Shown: one piece after another, positions 1 through 11,653 of the stretch
Position numbering within the stretch: position 1 is the stretch's first letter
Layout: each line of letters starts with the position of its first letter
Origin: Phoronis australis
Lineage: Eukaryota > Animalia > Phoronida
Assembly: GCA_002633005.1 (NCBI GenBank)
Contig: NMRA01000078.1
Location: 248,001-312,000 of the forward strand
Direction of reading: 5' to 3'
Length of the DNA: 64,000 nt
The notes under the pieces: generated by a model
Told to the model about the DNA's origin: nothing
The model's input: the letters and a program-made list of their open reading frames with translations, nothing else
Database searches by the model: none
Made by a program: the position numbers and the translations under genes

Positions 1-4
1 GGGT

Positions 5-276
5 CAAGATGCCTACAGACGTGTACCAAAAATTGCCGAGAGAACCCTTATATTGCGCGTGCCAGGTCTGTTAATTCCCACCCCTTTTGCGGGGTAGATT
101 TTTCTGCAGGAAAGACGGCCAGTGCGTCTTTTGCGGGGCTGAGGCCTGTGCAGTGGGTCTTTTGCTGAGACGAAATGGAAGTCCAGGGGTCTATCGGATC
201 CCGCGCGGGTCCTGCAAAACTTGATGAAAAAGTGCCGCCTACCCGTAATTTTTGATACACGCCTGCAGGCACCTTG
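5..276. mobile_element. MITE with ~35-bp imperfect terminal inverted repeats
   Basis: caagatgcctacagacgtgtaccaaaaattgccg at the left end pairs with cccgtaatttttgatacacgcctgcaggcaccttg at 242-276. Confidence 0.65.
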
Positions 277-567
277 TCAATATGAGTGACCCCGGGGGTA
301 ACTTTCAGTAACCAATGCAGTGTGGCCGTCAATAGAATACCAGGCGATTCACGTATTCAGTGTAACCAGTATTGCAATTCCATCAAAGGATGCAAATGCG
401 ATGACGTTGGTTTGGAAAAGCAAAAAACGCAGGGGGCCCGGCCCCCCCTTGGCTGCCGCACTGAAAAAAATAAAACAGCGAGTAGAGCGTAGGGAAATCA
501 CGCTGAGTTTATTAATTAACCCCGGTAATTAAAATTGTACTGATGAAACAAGATTTAAATTTAGTGT

Positions 568-600
568 TTGGGGGGAGGGGGGGGGGGGGGGGGGGGGCTN
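568..600. other. Poly-G run followed by an ambiguous base (possible assembly join)
   Basis: Long G homopolymer and 'n' at position 600. Confidence 0.7.
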
Positions 601-1083
601 GGAACACGGCGCATTCGTAACGGAACTATGGCTAAGTACAAGCTCTCCCGCGATATCCCAGGCGACCGTCAGTGGCGCTGCGCACTACGACTCCGTTTCC
701 GTCGTCTGCTCCACTGTGCAATGAAGAAAATTTATTTCATTTTTTAAAGAAAATGGAACCTGAGTGACGATGAAAAAATAGAAAATGCTGGTAAGATGTA
801 AATTTTAATCGTGAATTGGTGAATCACTTAGAAACTCATAATTCTCTCTTTGTCAAACCTAACTTAAGACGATTTCTAAAGCAATCCCGTCATTACTGCC
901 AACATGAAAAACGGATTTGGTCTTTTGGGCATTTGAAGACTATTTTAAATACAACGAATTTGTTAAGAACCGATTGCACAAAATATAAAACGTGTAATAA
1001 GCATTACAAAAAGAAGTAGGTTTCGCGCGCAAACGCTGTGGACCATAAACAAGTAGGTCTTGTAGCACTCCATTCGTAGCTAA

Positions 1084-1146
1084 GTCGTTGTGGTATAGTG
1101 GTTAAGCACGCGCGCTCTATCTCACAGGTCGTGAGTTCGAGTCTGT
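1084..1146 (+). pseudogene. tRNA-derived fragment (SINE head or tRNA pseudogene)
   Basis: A-box-like TGGTATAGTGG (1091-1101) and B-box-like GAGTTCGAGTC (1133-1143) at tRNA spacing; no closing acceptor stem. Confidence 0.4.
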
Positions 1147-1453
1147 TATATACACGGTTTTTCCTGTTTAACACGTTCTCCGTGTTTTTTTTGCCTTTTT
1201 TCTTGGATAATATTTCAGGAATCACGGAAAATGCTTGATTTTTAAAGGAAAAAACAGAAAAATTTCCAGGGCCTCCCCCCATTCCGTGCTATACGCATCT
1301 ACAATCGTGGGGTGCATAAATGCTTACAGCCGTACAAAATGTTGGGCCCCCCTTGTGATATCCTAGATCCGCCACTGAAATTACAAAACATTTGAACACT
1401 TCATGCTTGCTGGCCGGGGGCACTACATTGTTCGCGCATTCACCGTGTTGTAG

Positions 1454-4400
1454 GACTACCATATAAACTGGGACTACGATGAGGAGGACGAAAGGGATGA
1501 ATATCGGGACAGGTTGTATCGCCTGCAAGACGGCGAACGTCATGTGATGCCGGACACGGACTGGGTGGAAGACTGGGAGTTGTTGGAAGCGCGAGAAAAC
1601 TTCACACACACGGGCGTCAAGTTCAGGAGACGATTCGAAACGTGTGATCTGGAAGAAGACGTGATTATTACGGTGAGGACTGCACCGTCTCCACTTGAAG
1701 TATAATAATCTCAACAAAAATTTTTAAGTTTGAGTAAGAATTGCTAGCCTCTAACACCCCCTCATATTTTGGAAAGGTCTCAGTCGTGACAGGGACACGA
1801 CTAGGAACTATTGCTGATTTTGGGGCAATTATACTTCATGCGTGCACCCAGCCTTTAATATGGGAAGGCTCGAATTTCCGACGATGTGGACCTTTTACCG
1901 ACAAAAAGCCGAAAGACTAAAAAAATGGGGTACCACGTCCAGGGCTGGGAATTGTGCGTTTGCGCCTTTTAAGTGGACTTATTTTCTCGTTTTCTCGGGC
2001 TTTTTGTTTCTCTGGGGCGGACCTTTTTGTCTATTTCGCCAAATGGAGGGTGCTCGTTCGAGGTCCCGAGCCCCCCCCTGGGTGCGCGCATGTACTTGCA
2101 CAAAAAACAGTGGAAACGCATGTTATGCTACAAAATTTGACAAAACTTTGAGTCTCGTTTCAGAATGGTACCATGCGACTGCTGTGGGGGTACGGTGACG
2201 AGGACAGTATCTCAGCCGAGGGCATGGTGCGCGGCAATCAGAGCGTCTTCCTGAAGGCGGCGCAGACGACCAAACCACAATTACCCTATGACGCATTTGT
2301 CTGGGAGTTCAGGGCGAGCAACGTAGGTATCCGAAGACACAGCTATAGGGCCTACATAAAAGTTTCAGACATGTCATTTCGGAAAAACTTGCACAGGGCC
2401 GTTGAAAAAAAGATTCAACGAGCAAAGCGTGTGTTACACACCGGCAATGGTTGCATAATTTTGTGAAAATGAGTTTCATCAACCAAAAAATGTCACTAAA
2501 ATAGGAATGCACCATAAATTACAGTCCTTACGATGTATGTGTAATTGCTTTTTGGTGTCAAATTGTCTACGTTTGTAAAAACTTTGACGTCATCCAACGA
2601 TTGCCCATTTTGTACTGCATGAACAAAAATTCAATAAATTACCAAAGCGGTTCGAAGCATTTATTTTGAAAAAAATTGCTATGCTGGTTTGCGTTAAAAT
2701 TCGTTTTATTTCGAACCGAAAATGAATCGGACAGTGTATCTTTAAGAGGCTGCCATACCACTCGTGCGTAAATTCCTTGCCGTAGTCCACTTATCAGGTT
2801 GTTGAAGGACCTGTCAGTCTGGTGGACATCATCCATCATATTTATACTTGCAGGCTCGAGTAACAGCCAGTGGTCACGATACTTGGTGTCAAGCCATCGA
2901 AATACCCTACTTACGACAGAAGCACCACATTGTATTGGTAGGATCTCTTTTTAAAGTGCACGTGAACGTTTAAAATTTGAGGTCAGGCGTCCAAATGGAG
3001 GATAAGTTTAATCTAACTGCAGATAACAGCACGTGCGTGCGCTCCAGCAAAACATTTTCTCAAATCTCGCTCAGGCTGGGTTTGCCTCCTTTTCGATAAC
3101 GCATTGAGAACCTTGGTGTGAAGAGGTCGTCAGTAATAACCGCGAACACGTCCATTTAGCTCTAACGAAACAGGTCCCAGGTTGACCTATAGGCGGGCCC
3201 AATTACATGTATCTCAGTACGCCGTGACCAACTGATGGCAAACGTGAACTGTTGTATGCGCAATTTTAAGGAATTTATGCCTCTATTCTCATTAGTTCGA
3301 GCCACTTCTCCAAAACGAACACGAATCACTAGTCAATCACATCAGTCTCTATGGTTGCCGCCCTCCCCGACAATCCGTCACGCAACAGGAAATGACAGCA
3401 CGTGGCGACTGCAATATTGTGAGACACAGGGTGAATTACTGCACCGCTACACTATACTCGTGGGGTAGCGGGGGCGGGGTGAGTATTTCTGTCATGATTG
3501 TAGTGTACCTGAAGTGAATTTTCACTAAAAATTGATACTTGAGTTATACTGACGCACCAGGTAATAGGCTTACCTCACAGGACTATATCTTGGCGATCGT
3601 CCCAGTGACTTGACCTGGCGGGCGGATAACAATGCGGTATTCTCGTGGGAAGGTGATGCCTTGATTCTAAGCAACAGGATAAATAATCAAATGGGAAGAT
3701 TCGACTCGTAGTTTGCGTTCCGGAATTAGTTTTCAAGTTAAGTTTTGAAAGAGAGAAATACCTCGTCTCAAAGAAAAATCTTCTTTCGCTGTGTAACGGA
3801 TAAAAATCAAAGATATAACCTATTTATGGTGTAGTTTCATAAGTTGCAACTATACCAATACCACCTTTTTACCTCACGCCCATGATGGTAACCGCACTGG
3901 ACTGATATCATTTTTTCAGTCGGTTCCATTCTTGTTATTTTCATTTAGAAGGATGCTAAACCCTGTTTTGTCTGTATTTTCAACCGAAATCCTCGTTCAG
4001 TGTCCAGCGCTAATGCAATGGCGTCTAGCTTGAATGACAAAAGCAGGATTCAACGGAGACACCACGACCTAATGATGGATATTATGGCTCTTGGTACTGG
4101 GTGGCGTTAACTCGTCCAAAAGCTGGGTCACGCCTGTCTTTTTAGCGAACTTTGTTAAAAATCTCCAAAATTTGCTCCAAACTTTTGATGTTGTCGAGTG
4201 TTACGGAGCATTATTTTGTGTCGGGAAAACAGGATGGAAAAGTCGTTAACAGACCAAAAGGGTGTTTGGTTTTTTTAAGATTGAACATGCTGAGACCTTC
4301 AAAGTGGAATGTTTCATAATTATCACATCGTCGCTTAGGCTACAGTTTTCATGGTCACACCCATCACTTGTCAGCCTCTCCATTTCTCCCCAGCCCCTGT

Positions 4401-7400
4401 ATTTACCGGACAACGTGGGACTGCCCATGGGCGACGCCGACCAGCCGACGTATTTCCTGCTGGAGCTCCATTACAAGCCCCATCACCTCCAAGGTAGGAC
4501 TAGTCACGCAATGGAGCTGAGAGACACCTTGAATATTTTGCAGTTCCTTTTACGCATGCCCAGAAAAGATACTGACGAGTCACATGTCTCTGAAACGCTA
4601 CTAAATACAACTTGGAGGGGGACAAACATATTGCTCGCTATTTGCAGTGCGCAACCCTTGCGACAAATAGTCGACTGGGCGAAAGACCTGATAGCGAAGC
4701 ACAGTTAATTTTGTTGGTGACCATCGAGGGCGTCCATGCAATCGAGTAGTCTACAGTTTCTAATGGTCCTCTTGTTCAAGTCATCGACATCATTTAGTCG
4801 AAAGTTTGACCACGTCTTTAAATCGGTAGATTTTGATCGGCGATGGAATATAAAACAAAATGGTATTTTGCTCAAATGTGGGAGAAATTACTACTCAGTT
4901 GCAATAATTTACAGCTACCACTGACCGATCAGGAGTGCGACTGACGCTGACGCCAACTCTACGCCCATACGACGCTGGCATCATGGAGGTGGGTCACGTG
5001 GCACGGCGAGCACTGATGATTCCGCCTAGAATGGAAAATTTCACCGTGCAAGGCTTCTGTCCCAGCAAATGTTTGCTACAGGTAATCACACTGTGCGCAT
5101 CGCTTTCATGATATGCAGTCTACAAATAAACGATACGAGTTTTCATACTTCGGAAACCCCACTGAAGAGAACAGGCACAAAAACCAAAGAGATGAAATTG
5201 ATCGACCACGAAAAATAGACTAATGCCTCGGCGGCCACGGAGACCACCAGTGGGTGTCGACCATCATTGGTGTCAAAAAATAAAAAATGAATGGTTTATT
5301 CCTTTTTTAAGATATGCCTACAATATAAAAATTTTGTTCCTAGCCACTTTGTCGTTCTTTCTAAAGAAATCAGTAAAAAAGAGTGCAGGTGGTCCGACGT
5401 CATTTGCCGTGCATCAGACGTGCGCAGACGTCATGGTTGGCCCCATTGCACAAAATACCTGAGCTAAAAACACGAGAGACCTATTATCGATCAACAAGTT
5501 CTTCATGGAGGAAGTTTTCAAGTCTACCTGTTTCCTTTAAGAAAACGGACAGATTTTAACATGTTGTAGGCATATAACAGTGCCATCCAGCAGGTTACCG
5601 TCCTTAGCATATAAAAAGCTGGGCAATACCCTACCAGATGTTTAGGGTATTCAACGTCAGTACCACACTCTAGACTCACTGGCCTCCCCATACACCCAGC
5701 GATGTGTAAATAATCGGTAACAACAAGTCGCCATTTTAATGCTCATTTTCCAGCTGAATGATGGACATTTTTCGTTTGATTGCGTCCATATTTTTTCGCT
5801 GCCCCGCGGTGAGTAATGTAATTATGGACCAGCCTGCCTTGAAATAATTTAGCACTACCGGTACTTTTTTGTAGGCCGCGTCTCATCAGCAGTTCTATGG
5901 ACCGCGAACCTCCAACACACGATTCGGCTTACCGCGGCGTCAACCAGACCGCACGCGCAACCCCGACCGCACCGGAGAAGTGAGGCCGGAAGTACGGCCA
6001 GGAGAACAAGCGAACTTACCTCCAAAGACTGGAGACACTCGCCGAAATGGACAGCAGGGACCTGAGAGGTCACAGCCTGAGACCAGGAACGATCAAGACC
6101 GCTATGACCAAGAAAGATATGGTCAAAGGTCATATGGCCCTCGTAGGTATGGCCCTTATGGACAGGATGATTATGACGAAAAAGGAATTTCCGTGTTCGC
6201 TAATTTGTTGCGTGTCCGCGGTGTGGGGCGCAAAGTTCGCTTACGTCATATTAGGAATGGGATAGAGATGATGGTGGTTGACGGTGACGAAAATTATGAC
6301 ACCAACTTACAAGAGATTCGATTGCTACCCGAAGAGAGAGTTGTCATGCCAACAGACGATCTCATGGTTGAATGCACGTACAATACAACCGAGAAAGCCA
6401 CAGTGACATGGGTAAGTATGAATTGAAATAAGGATTTTTTTCGTTATTCAGCGATGTTACCCACATTGCCAATGTTCGCTTTTAAATATAGACCAGAAAG
6501 AAATTAAGTATATAGAAGACAAGAGTTTCAACGATAGGTTACTCTAAAAACGATACTGAATCCTGTGTTGGTGGTTTCAACCAATCCTCGTTCTGCTACC
6601 TGATGATGCACCATTGGCAGGATTTAACTAAAAGTTATAGCCTCTATATACCACAGATAGCATATTGTGGTTTTTGATGGGTAGTTATTCCCAAAAAGTC
6701 GTGTAACTCGCCTAAAGCGTAGGTCACGCTTGCCGGTTTAGCAAACTTTGCAAGTAATTTTCCTCAAAATATTTGATGTTTGTCTGAGGTTAGGCCAACA
6801 GAACATCATTTTGTTTCAGGGAAATAGACGGGACGTTGTTTTTAGTATCTGTTAATAGGCCAAAACCGGGTTTGCTATCCTTTTAAGGCATCGCTGTCAA
6901 TGCGCAAAGAAAACAAAAGATAGCGTCTTTTATAGCTTTTGCACCTAAGTCGTTCTCATACTACTGTTGTGTACCTGTTGGTATTTCTAGCTTGTTTGTA
7001 GTCCATAAAAACGCATCCGAGATGCTGACCAAGGATGATCCGACGTCTATAAAATTGGCGAGGTGGAGTGAAAATTTTAACTTGAATGAAACGAAATCCT
7101 GTATGTAGAGTTACATCATGTTCGTTCACAGGGCGGTGGCGGGATCACGGAAGAGATGTGCTCGTCCGTCTTGTACTACTACCCTAAGATCGCCTTGTCA
7201 AAGTGTCAGACATTCCCTCTGGCGGAGGAGTTGTTCTCAATAGTTGGTAACCAAAGGTCAGTAGCTGCAACAAACCTGCAAACCCCCTGACAAGCCACCT
7301 CGCCAACATGAATGACGTTGGTTCGGGAGCGTAACGGATACGTCTTCTGCTAAAAATACAAATTGTTGATTGAAATCACTTGCCGTTATAAAAATGGACT

Positions 7401-8733
7401 CAACTCATTCCTTCTCAGAAAGGGTCGGATCCAGGATTTTTTAAAATGGGGGTCGAATCAAGGATGTTTTTAAAAAGGGGTGTCCAAGTCAACAATTTGA
7501 AAATTCTAGATTTGATATCACTAAAATCAAGGGAAAAAGGGGGGTCCCGACCCCCTTGAGCCCCCTGGATCCGCCTATGTCAGATTAGGAATGGTTTCTG
7601 GACTTCTGAAGGCCAGCCTCGATTGCGTTGACTTGACGGTCTCTGAACCCTTTAGATATCTTATTCAGTGTCCGGGGTGCAACATGGGAGGAACAGAATG
7701 ATTCCAATACAGTCGTGTACGACGAAATGTGTGGCTGTAGGGATGGACATTTTGAGTGAAAACACGAATGAAATTTAAACATTTTGAAACAGTCGTAATA
7801 ATAACGTTGTTCGTCTCCGCTCATAACTTTGTTCCTCTCTCTTCATTGGGTCGCCGTAAAAATTAATGTTACTTTAAAGTCATTTCATGAATATTCATGC
7901 GTTCAATTACAAACGCTTGTGCATGAAAGCCAGTTTAATTACATTTGGGACACCGTGTATACTAGTGTGTTAACGCTTTTGTTTAATATGACGTTATTTG
8001 GAAATTTGATGTAGTGCTATTATTTATTGCTATCAGAAGAAAAATTCAACGCAGTATTAACATTTTTTAATGTAATATGTATTATTTTTATTTTTTATGA
8101 AAAATTTACTAAAATATTTAAAATATTTTCGACACCAAATTGACCAAAAATACATTCACAATAATTTTGCAAAGCATTCCAAACTGAAGCGTTTTTATTT
8201 TCTCAAAATGACGAAAAAGGTCTCGGAAATTCTTGAAGGAGAGAGGAGTGTGGGCGAATTGTTGCTGGGTCGTGCTCGGTTGAAAAAAAAAGAGCATTCA
8301 GTCATTTCCCTCTTCAAATATTTTTTTCAGGACCTCTATGAGTAGCTGGCAGAGTGACGTTAAACGCATATCGTGGTCGTACGTCAAATCGAAACGTTTG
8401 GAACAACTGGAAAAACGTGCCAAACGCCACGTGGTTTGCGAGACAGTTGACGGTATCGAATATCCGGTAGGCACATTGAAATCAAAAGGTTGTTAGAAGT
8501 TTAAACGGGTGATTAAATAAGTAATAAATTTGTTTGTTGTGTTAAATCTATTCGCCATTGTGTAAACTTCAATGTTTTTTATTCACCAGATTGCTCGGGA
8601 AATTCTGCGAAAACCGATAGGTGTCAGCCTACCCCAGCCTTGGCCTCAACGGCGATGTGGAAGTGGTCGTGTGCACAGTTTTGCTTTCGTTTATTTGGTC
8701 ATTTTAGCTAGTTTTCAATTGATGCATTTTTGA
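1454..8733 (+). CDS. MOXD1: DBH-like monooxygenase (MOXD1-type: DOMON + copper type II ascorbate-dependent monooxygenase N/C domains); 5' end outside window; probably catalytically inactive
   Basis: Ten phase-compatible AG/GT exons: 1454-1672, 2164-2322, 2854-2937, 3296-3478, 4394-4493, 4915-5081, 5875-6411, 7132-7256, 8331-8466, 8590-8733 (TGA); 617 aa in window. Family motifs: ENFTHT..FRRRFETCD, TMRLLWGY, WCQAIEIP..QKHHIV, FEPLLQ..HESLVNHISLYGC, LPDNVGLPMG, YFLLELHY, DRSGVRL, YDAGIMEVG, MIPP, GISVFA, RLRHIRNG, DENYD.NLQE, DDLMVECTYNT, EEMC...YYYP. Orthology versus lineage-specific paralogy cannot be resolved here. Confidence 0.88.
4103..4280 (+). repeat. Interspersed repeat family, copy 1 (others ~6700-6890 + and ~20800-20990 -)
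   Basis: Shared aaagc.taggtcacg.ttgccggttta.ca.actt ... tctgttaataggtcaaaacc.ggtttg.tatcc.tttaa in three degenerate copies. Confidence 0.6.
6700..6890 (+). repeat. Interspersed repeat family, copy 2
   Basis: Aligns by eye to ~4103-4280 and to the reverse complement of ~20800-20990. Confidence 0.65.
7420..7579 (+). mobile_element. ~160-bp MITE with 5-bp target-site duplication (TCAGA)
   Basis: Termini ..gtcggatccag / ctggatccgcctatg; TCAGA at 7415-7419 and 7580-7584; a reverse-complement copy lies at 44355-44510. Confidence 0.8.
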
Positions 8734-9149
8734 TCAAAGACGCAGGAGACGATAAACATCAAAGTAGAATTTGTTTTTACTTGTTAATTTTTGTAAACGT
8801 GAGTGATGTTTTATACACAAAACGTACAGATCTCGACAATCACGTTTGTCTAACTCTGAAGTAAGTTGTTAAGAAAACAGCCTCCCGTTCACTAACGCTA
8901 GGATCTCGCTAAAAAGCAACATTCGCGAGATTACGTGAGATATTGCCGTGTATTTTAAATGATATCACGTGGCTTTGGCTAGATTTTAGTTAGGCCCTAG
9001 CGTTACTGAACGCACGCCTGGTCACACGCAAAGGTCGGACGTCCAGTCGTAGCCAAGAGGTTCGTAGGCACGTTACAGCGAATGCGAAGCTGCATTTCTT
9101 TAGGAGAGAGAAACGTTGCAACTGACGTAAGTTGTAATATTCGGACTCA

Positions 9150-9480
9150 AAAAGGACATTATCATTTTTACTGTTGAAAACGCATTTTGGGATCATTCAA
9201 GGTTGGATGGATTAGACTTCTTGAAATTAATAGCTTTGACCAGCTTTTATAGCAATAAATATGTTATGTTTTTGTGACTTTATTACAAATCGCCAATTAT
9301 CGCTGTCGTCTGCCAGACATTAGCTGAAATCGAGGCTGGTGACTTTACTTGTTACGTGCCACTTATCGTGTGAGATAAAACTCAGCTAGCACAGCGTGTG
9401 GCTGCGGCCGCGAACGTCCCCCGTTCGAATCCGCGCAGGGGCTGTTCTGAGAAAACCACCATTCTCACCGTTAATGTCCC
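9150..9480 (+). repeat. Interspersed repeat containing a B-box-like GTTCGAATC (copies ~27380-27750 and partial ~19310-19470)
   Basis: Shared gaaaacgca.ttttggga, tta..aa.ctttgaccag, tttttgtga.ttta and gttcgaat.cgcgc..gggg...ttc..agaaaa.cacc.tt...ccg.taatgt. Confidence 0.55.
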
Positions 9481-9582
9481 TTAACAACCGCCTTCACGCA
9501 CGCCATGATTTGCGTATTTAGTTAAATCGAAGCTGAGACCGAACTTGGGACCTTTGATGAAGTGGACCTTACCTATGTAACT

Positions 9583-9870
9583 TAAAAACCCGCATTCAGT
9601 CACAAAATGAACTTTTGATTTTTAGACCACTTGTCGTTACGAGATTGGTCTCAGATTGTCCCTCTGGATTTGGGATGAACTGACAGTTTACTATTGCTTT
9701 ACAATCCAATTTGTCACGGCGTCTCACTTTATTAGACAATCTTGATATCGAGGAATTCTTTGCAAAAATCAAAAATCACGTTTCATCTGAGTAGGAACAA
9801 GTTGAGACCAATTTCATAACGGAAAGTGGGCTAAAACAAAAGTTGGTTTCTTCGACGGAATGCTACCTTA
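9583..9870. mobile_element. Foldback MITE with ~80-bp imperfect TIRs (partial copies ~24215-24290 and ~36140-36230)
   Basis: gcattcagtcacaaaatgaacttttgatttttagaccacttgtcgttacgagattggtctca is complementary to tgagaccaatttcataacggaaagtgggctaaaacaaaagttggtttcttcgacggaatgc. Confidence 0.7.
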
Positions 9871-11653
9871 TTACCGCTTCAGAAGTCTACTTTTTGCTGT
9901 TAGCAAGGCCCTCAAAATGCGGAAGTGAAGCGCAGTTCATTAAAAACACTGCCTATGGTTGCACTATTTTGGTGAAGGTTATAGTCACAAAATCTCATTT
10001 AATCTTATTTTAGAAGATTGTTTCCGACAAGATACCGCTGTTTTTAGATTGTCTTGGCCCCTTGTTACTGACAATGCTTGGCGCCTCTAACGATGGTTGG
10101 TTGTTCAAGTTAGCGTTCATAATTGTAAATTGGACAAATTTTTCAGAACAGTTGGAGTTAGGGCGAAATTTTGGAAAGTGTTTTACCTAATAAATAAACG
10201 TTTTGACGTTCACTTGTTGTTTCCGTCTATTTAAATTAGGAGTTGAGCCCTCAAAACTTAAACAAATCATTGTTGATTTATATCATAGAGATGAAAGTTC
10301 GTTGCGAAATACTTTTTCATATGAAATGCGGGGTGTCAACAACCAGAATGTTGTGAATCTATCAAAATGAAGTTACCTGATGTTCAAGAGTCGGGTGGTG
10401 CTAACTTGAAAGACTACTCCGAACCGACAACTTCCTATCAGAAGCTGGGAAATCGAAAGATACCGGGGTTACTCCCATAGAAGGTGTGCACGGAACTGAC
10501 GTGACGTCGATGGATAACTTTGTTACACCCAGTCTCTGCGAAAGGGTGACTCATCGGGTTCGCTTTTGGATTTAGCAGCGCTACAAAGGGGATCCTATAC
10601 AGCAGACATTTAATGAAGGGCTAAGCGTTAACTAATCATATTTTAGGAGTTTTTGTTGGAATAAACGATGCATTTTTTGTCCGACACAATAGCAGCTCAT
10701 CTTGCTTTGTTTCAGGATTTAATGAAAACAACTACCCCCCCCCTTCAACAAGATTAGGTTTTTGGAATTAGCCCTAAAAGGTAAAATATTTCTGGAAATC
10801 TAAAACTCCACGAAAGGACGACTAAGTCACTGAGATGCTTACAAATGGGTTCCCCTTTTCGAACCCGCTCTCTAAACGGATGGGTAACCTTATTTTCCAG
10901 TTCCCCGGTAAAACTGTATTAAAAATTGCAGAATTTGTTGCATGGAATTACAAATTAGGTGTTACCACGAGTTGCTTTTACCCCATTGCAAAAATACGTT
11001 TACTTTTACCAAGAACGAACAACTGAAATAACGGCAACGTCCACGAATACTTCTGCAATCCAAAAGTCCACGGCGTGATGTAAGATCCATTTCATGTTTG
11101 TGTTTGGTCGAAACTCCTCTATGACTGTTTCCTCGAGCAACTTGGCCTATTTCCGGGCCTGTTTGCCTTCATTTCGACTTTTATTGTATCCGCTAAATGT
11201 ACCGGAAGGTTGTACCAATATTAACTCAGTGTTTTTATTAAAACTTTCTGTTCTACTACATTAACTCCAACATAATAACTTTTTGTTTATTTTTCGTCCT
11301 TCAATTTCGATCATTTCCTTTGATGTTACACACACCAATCGGACAATTCCTACGAAAATCTAACGGGGCTCCGAATGGTAAAATCCGTACGTAGAAAATC
11401 ACGCTATCTCTTTATTACAAAAACGTTCACGCAAACACGGAGTAACTTATGATCAAAACAAGACAAATGTGTTTTATACTAGGCAATGAAACCTTGTCGG
11501 TTTTACAAGTGAAGAACTGTTGTGACAAATCGCGTGATAACAGATTTTGGCGCTGTGTTTATGTACCCGTCTTAGCCCCTTTCTGGTTACCGTATCGTTT
11601 GCTGGTTCGGTAAACGATAGCGTTCATGGATAAGACGGTGTGTACTAAGCACG

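Noticed and set aside
628-750. ATG-initiated short frame as first exon of the monooxygenase
   Set aside because: No signal peptide or DOMON N-terminal motifs, ends in a stop, and lies beside an ambiguous base and repeat ends.
6211-6219. Both CuM Arg codons (CGT, CGC) are one base from His (CAT, CAC), suggesting rescue by RNA editing
   Set aside because: This would need G-to-A editing, which is not a known animal mechanism (ADAR gives A-to-G), and flanking residues have also diverged.
1454-8733. Calling the MOXD1-like gene a pseudogene
   Set aside because: No frameshifts or premature stops over 617 codons, and all nine in-window introns have canonical, phase-compatible splice sites.
9551-11325. 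TCF/LEF-like CCTTTGATG sites upstream of Wnt2 (9551, 11317)
   Set aside because: Short motifs that can occur by chance in AT-rich DNA; no conservation data to support them.
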